Below, one piece after another: positions 63,787 through 64,000 of a stretch of 64,000 nucleotides of DNA (positions are counted from its first letter, which is position 1; every line of letters begins with the position of its first letter). This DNA comes from Minisyncoccota bacterium (GTDB taxonomy: Bacteria > Patescibacteriota > Minisyncoccia > Phycocordibacterales > XYD1-FULL-46-19): NCBI GenBank assembly GCA_041657405.1, contig JBBABX010000002.1:42726-106725 (forward strand). Direction: 5' to 3'. A program made the translations under genes and the position numbers. The notes below the pieces were generated by a model that was not told where the DNA came from, did not search any database, and saw only the letters and a list, made by a program, of their open reading frames with translations.

Positions 63787-64000
63787 TACGAAGAGTTCGG
63801 CTCGATGATTTACCTGTCGTAGCGGAAATGATGCACCAGCATCTTGACCCGTTCTACGGCGGAGACCATCGGGCGCACGCAAAGCGCATCGTCGAAACTG
63901 CCTCCAGAGGCAACAAAGACAAGAAGGGTCACTTTTCGGCTGAACAGCTGATGTATGTAGCCACCGAGGACAACCACATCGTGGGTATCCTTAACTTCGT
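63787..64000 (+). CDS. partial CDS (5' end only; runs off the window), possibly GNAT-like
   Basis: A strong RBS AAAGGAG lies 9 nt upstream. The N-terminus MIRVRRVRLDDLPVVAEM resembles GNAT acetyltransferase N-termini, but this is weak. Confidence 0.35.

Noticed and set aside
1-64000. CRISPR arrays, transposases/IS elements, integrases, toxin-antitoxin or restriction-modification genes
   Set aside because: I scanned both strands for regular short direct-repeat/spacer periodicity, DDE/serine/tyrosine recombinase motifs and R-M methyltransferase motifs (apart from PrmC's NPPY, which has the HemK N-terminal context). None were found. Only terminator-type inverted repeats and the boundary repeats noted above are present.

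Overview
This is a low-GC (roughly mid-30s % by eye), gene-dense segment with almost every gene on the minus strand. The content looks like a reduced bacterial genome, probably a Candidate Phyla Radiation/Patescibacteria-type organism; that is inference from the compact housekeeping genes, an AlaRS lacking its C-terminal domain, and split coaB/coaC. Recognisable blocks are: a coaC-coaB-[transglutaminase-like/methyltransferase fusion]-histidine kinase operon; plsC; the grpE-dnaK-dnaJ heat-shock cluster; a ribosomal block (rpsI-rplM / rplQ-rpoA-rpsD-rpsK-rpsM-rpmJ-infA); alaS, mnmA, leuS, ychF; two divergent tRNA-Ala genes; an RND efflux pair; ddl; a two-component pair; uvrC, uvrA (frameshifted), uvrB; tgt; a 2-hydroxyacid dehydrogenase; ppsA; an ECF sigma/anti-sigma/secreted-protein cluster; prmC; and a cyclophilin. 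No CRISPR array, transposase or integrase was seen. The most unusual items are: (1) a leucyl-tRNA synthetase carrying a ~180-aa RBBP9/YdeN-type serine-hydrolase domain inserted just before the CP1 editing domain; (2) a transglutaminase-like cysteine-protease domain fused to a class I SAM methyltransferase and coupled to an orphan multi-TM sensor kinase; (3) an 838-aa protein with an FtsA/PilM-like actin-fold N-terminus, one TM helix and a large C-terminal exodomain; (4) a higher-GC PEP-CTERM-tagged secreted protein with no exosortase in the window; (5) a protein with an N-terminal sigma-70 region-4 HTH and a C-terminal HARE-HTH; (6) an abrupt switch to ~55-60% GC over the last ~2 kb, containing an ORF interrupted by a single in-frame TAG, a tRNA-like T-arm fragment, an ASCH-domain gene and a long inverted repeat at the boundary, which could be a foreign island or an assembly chimera.
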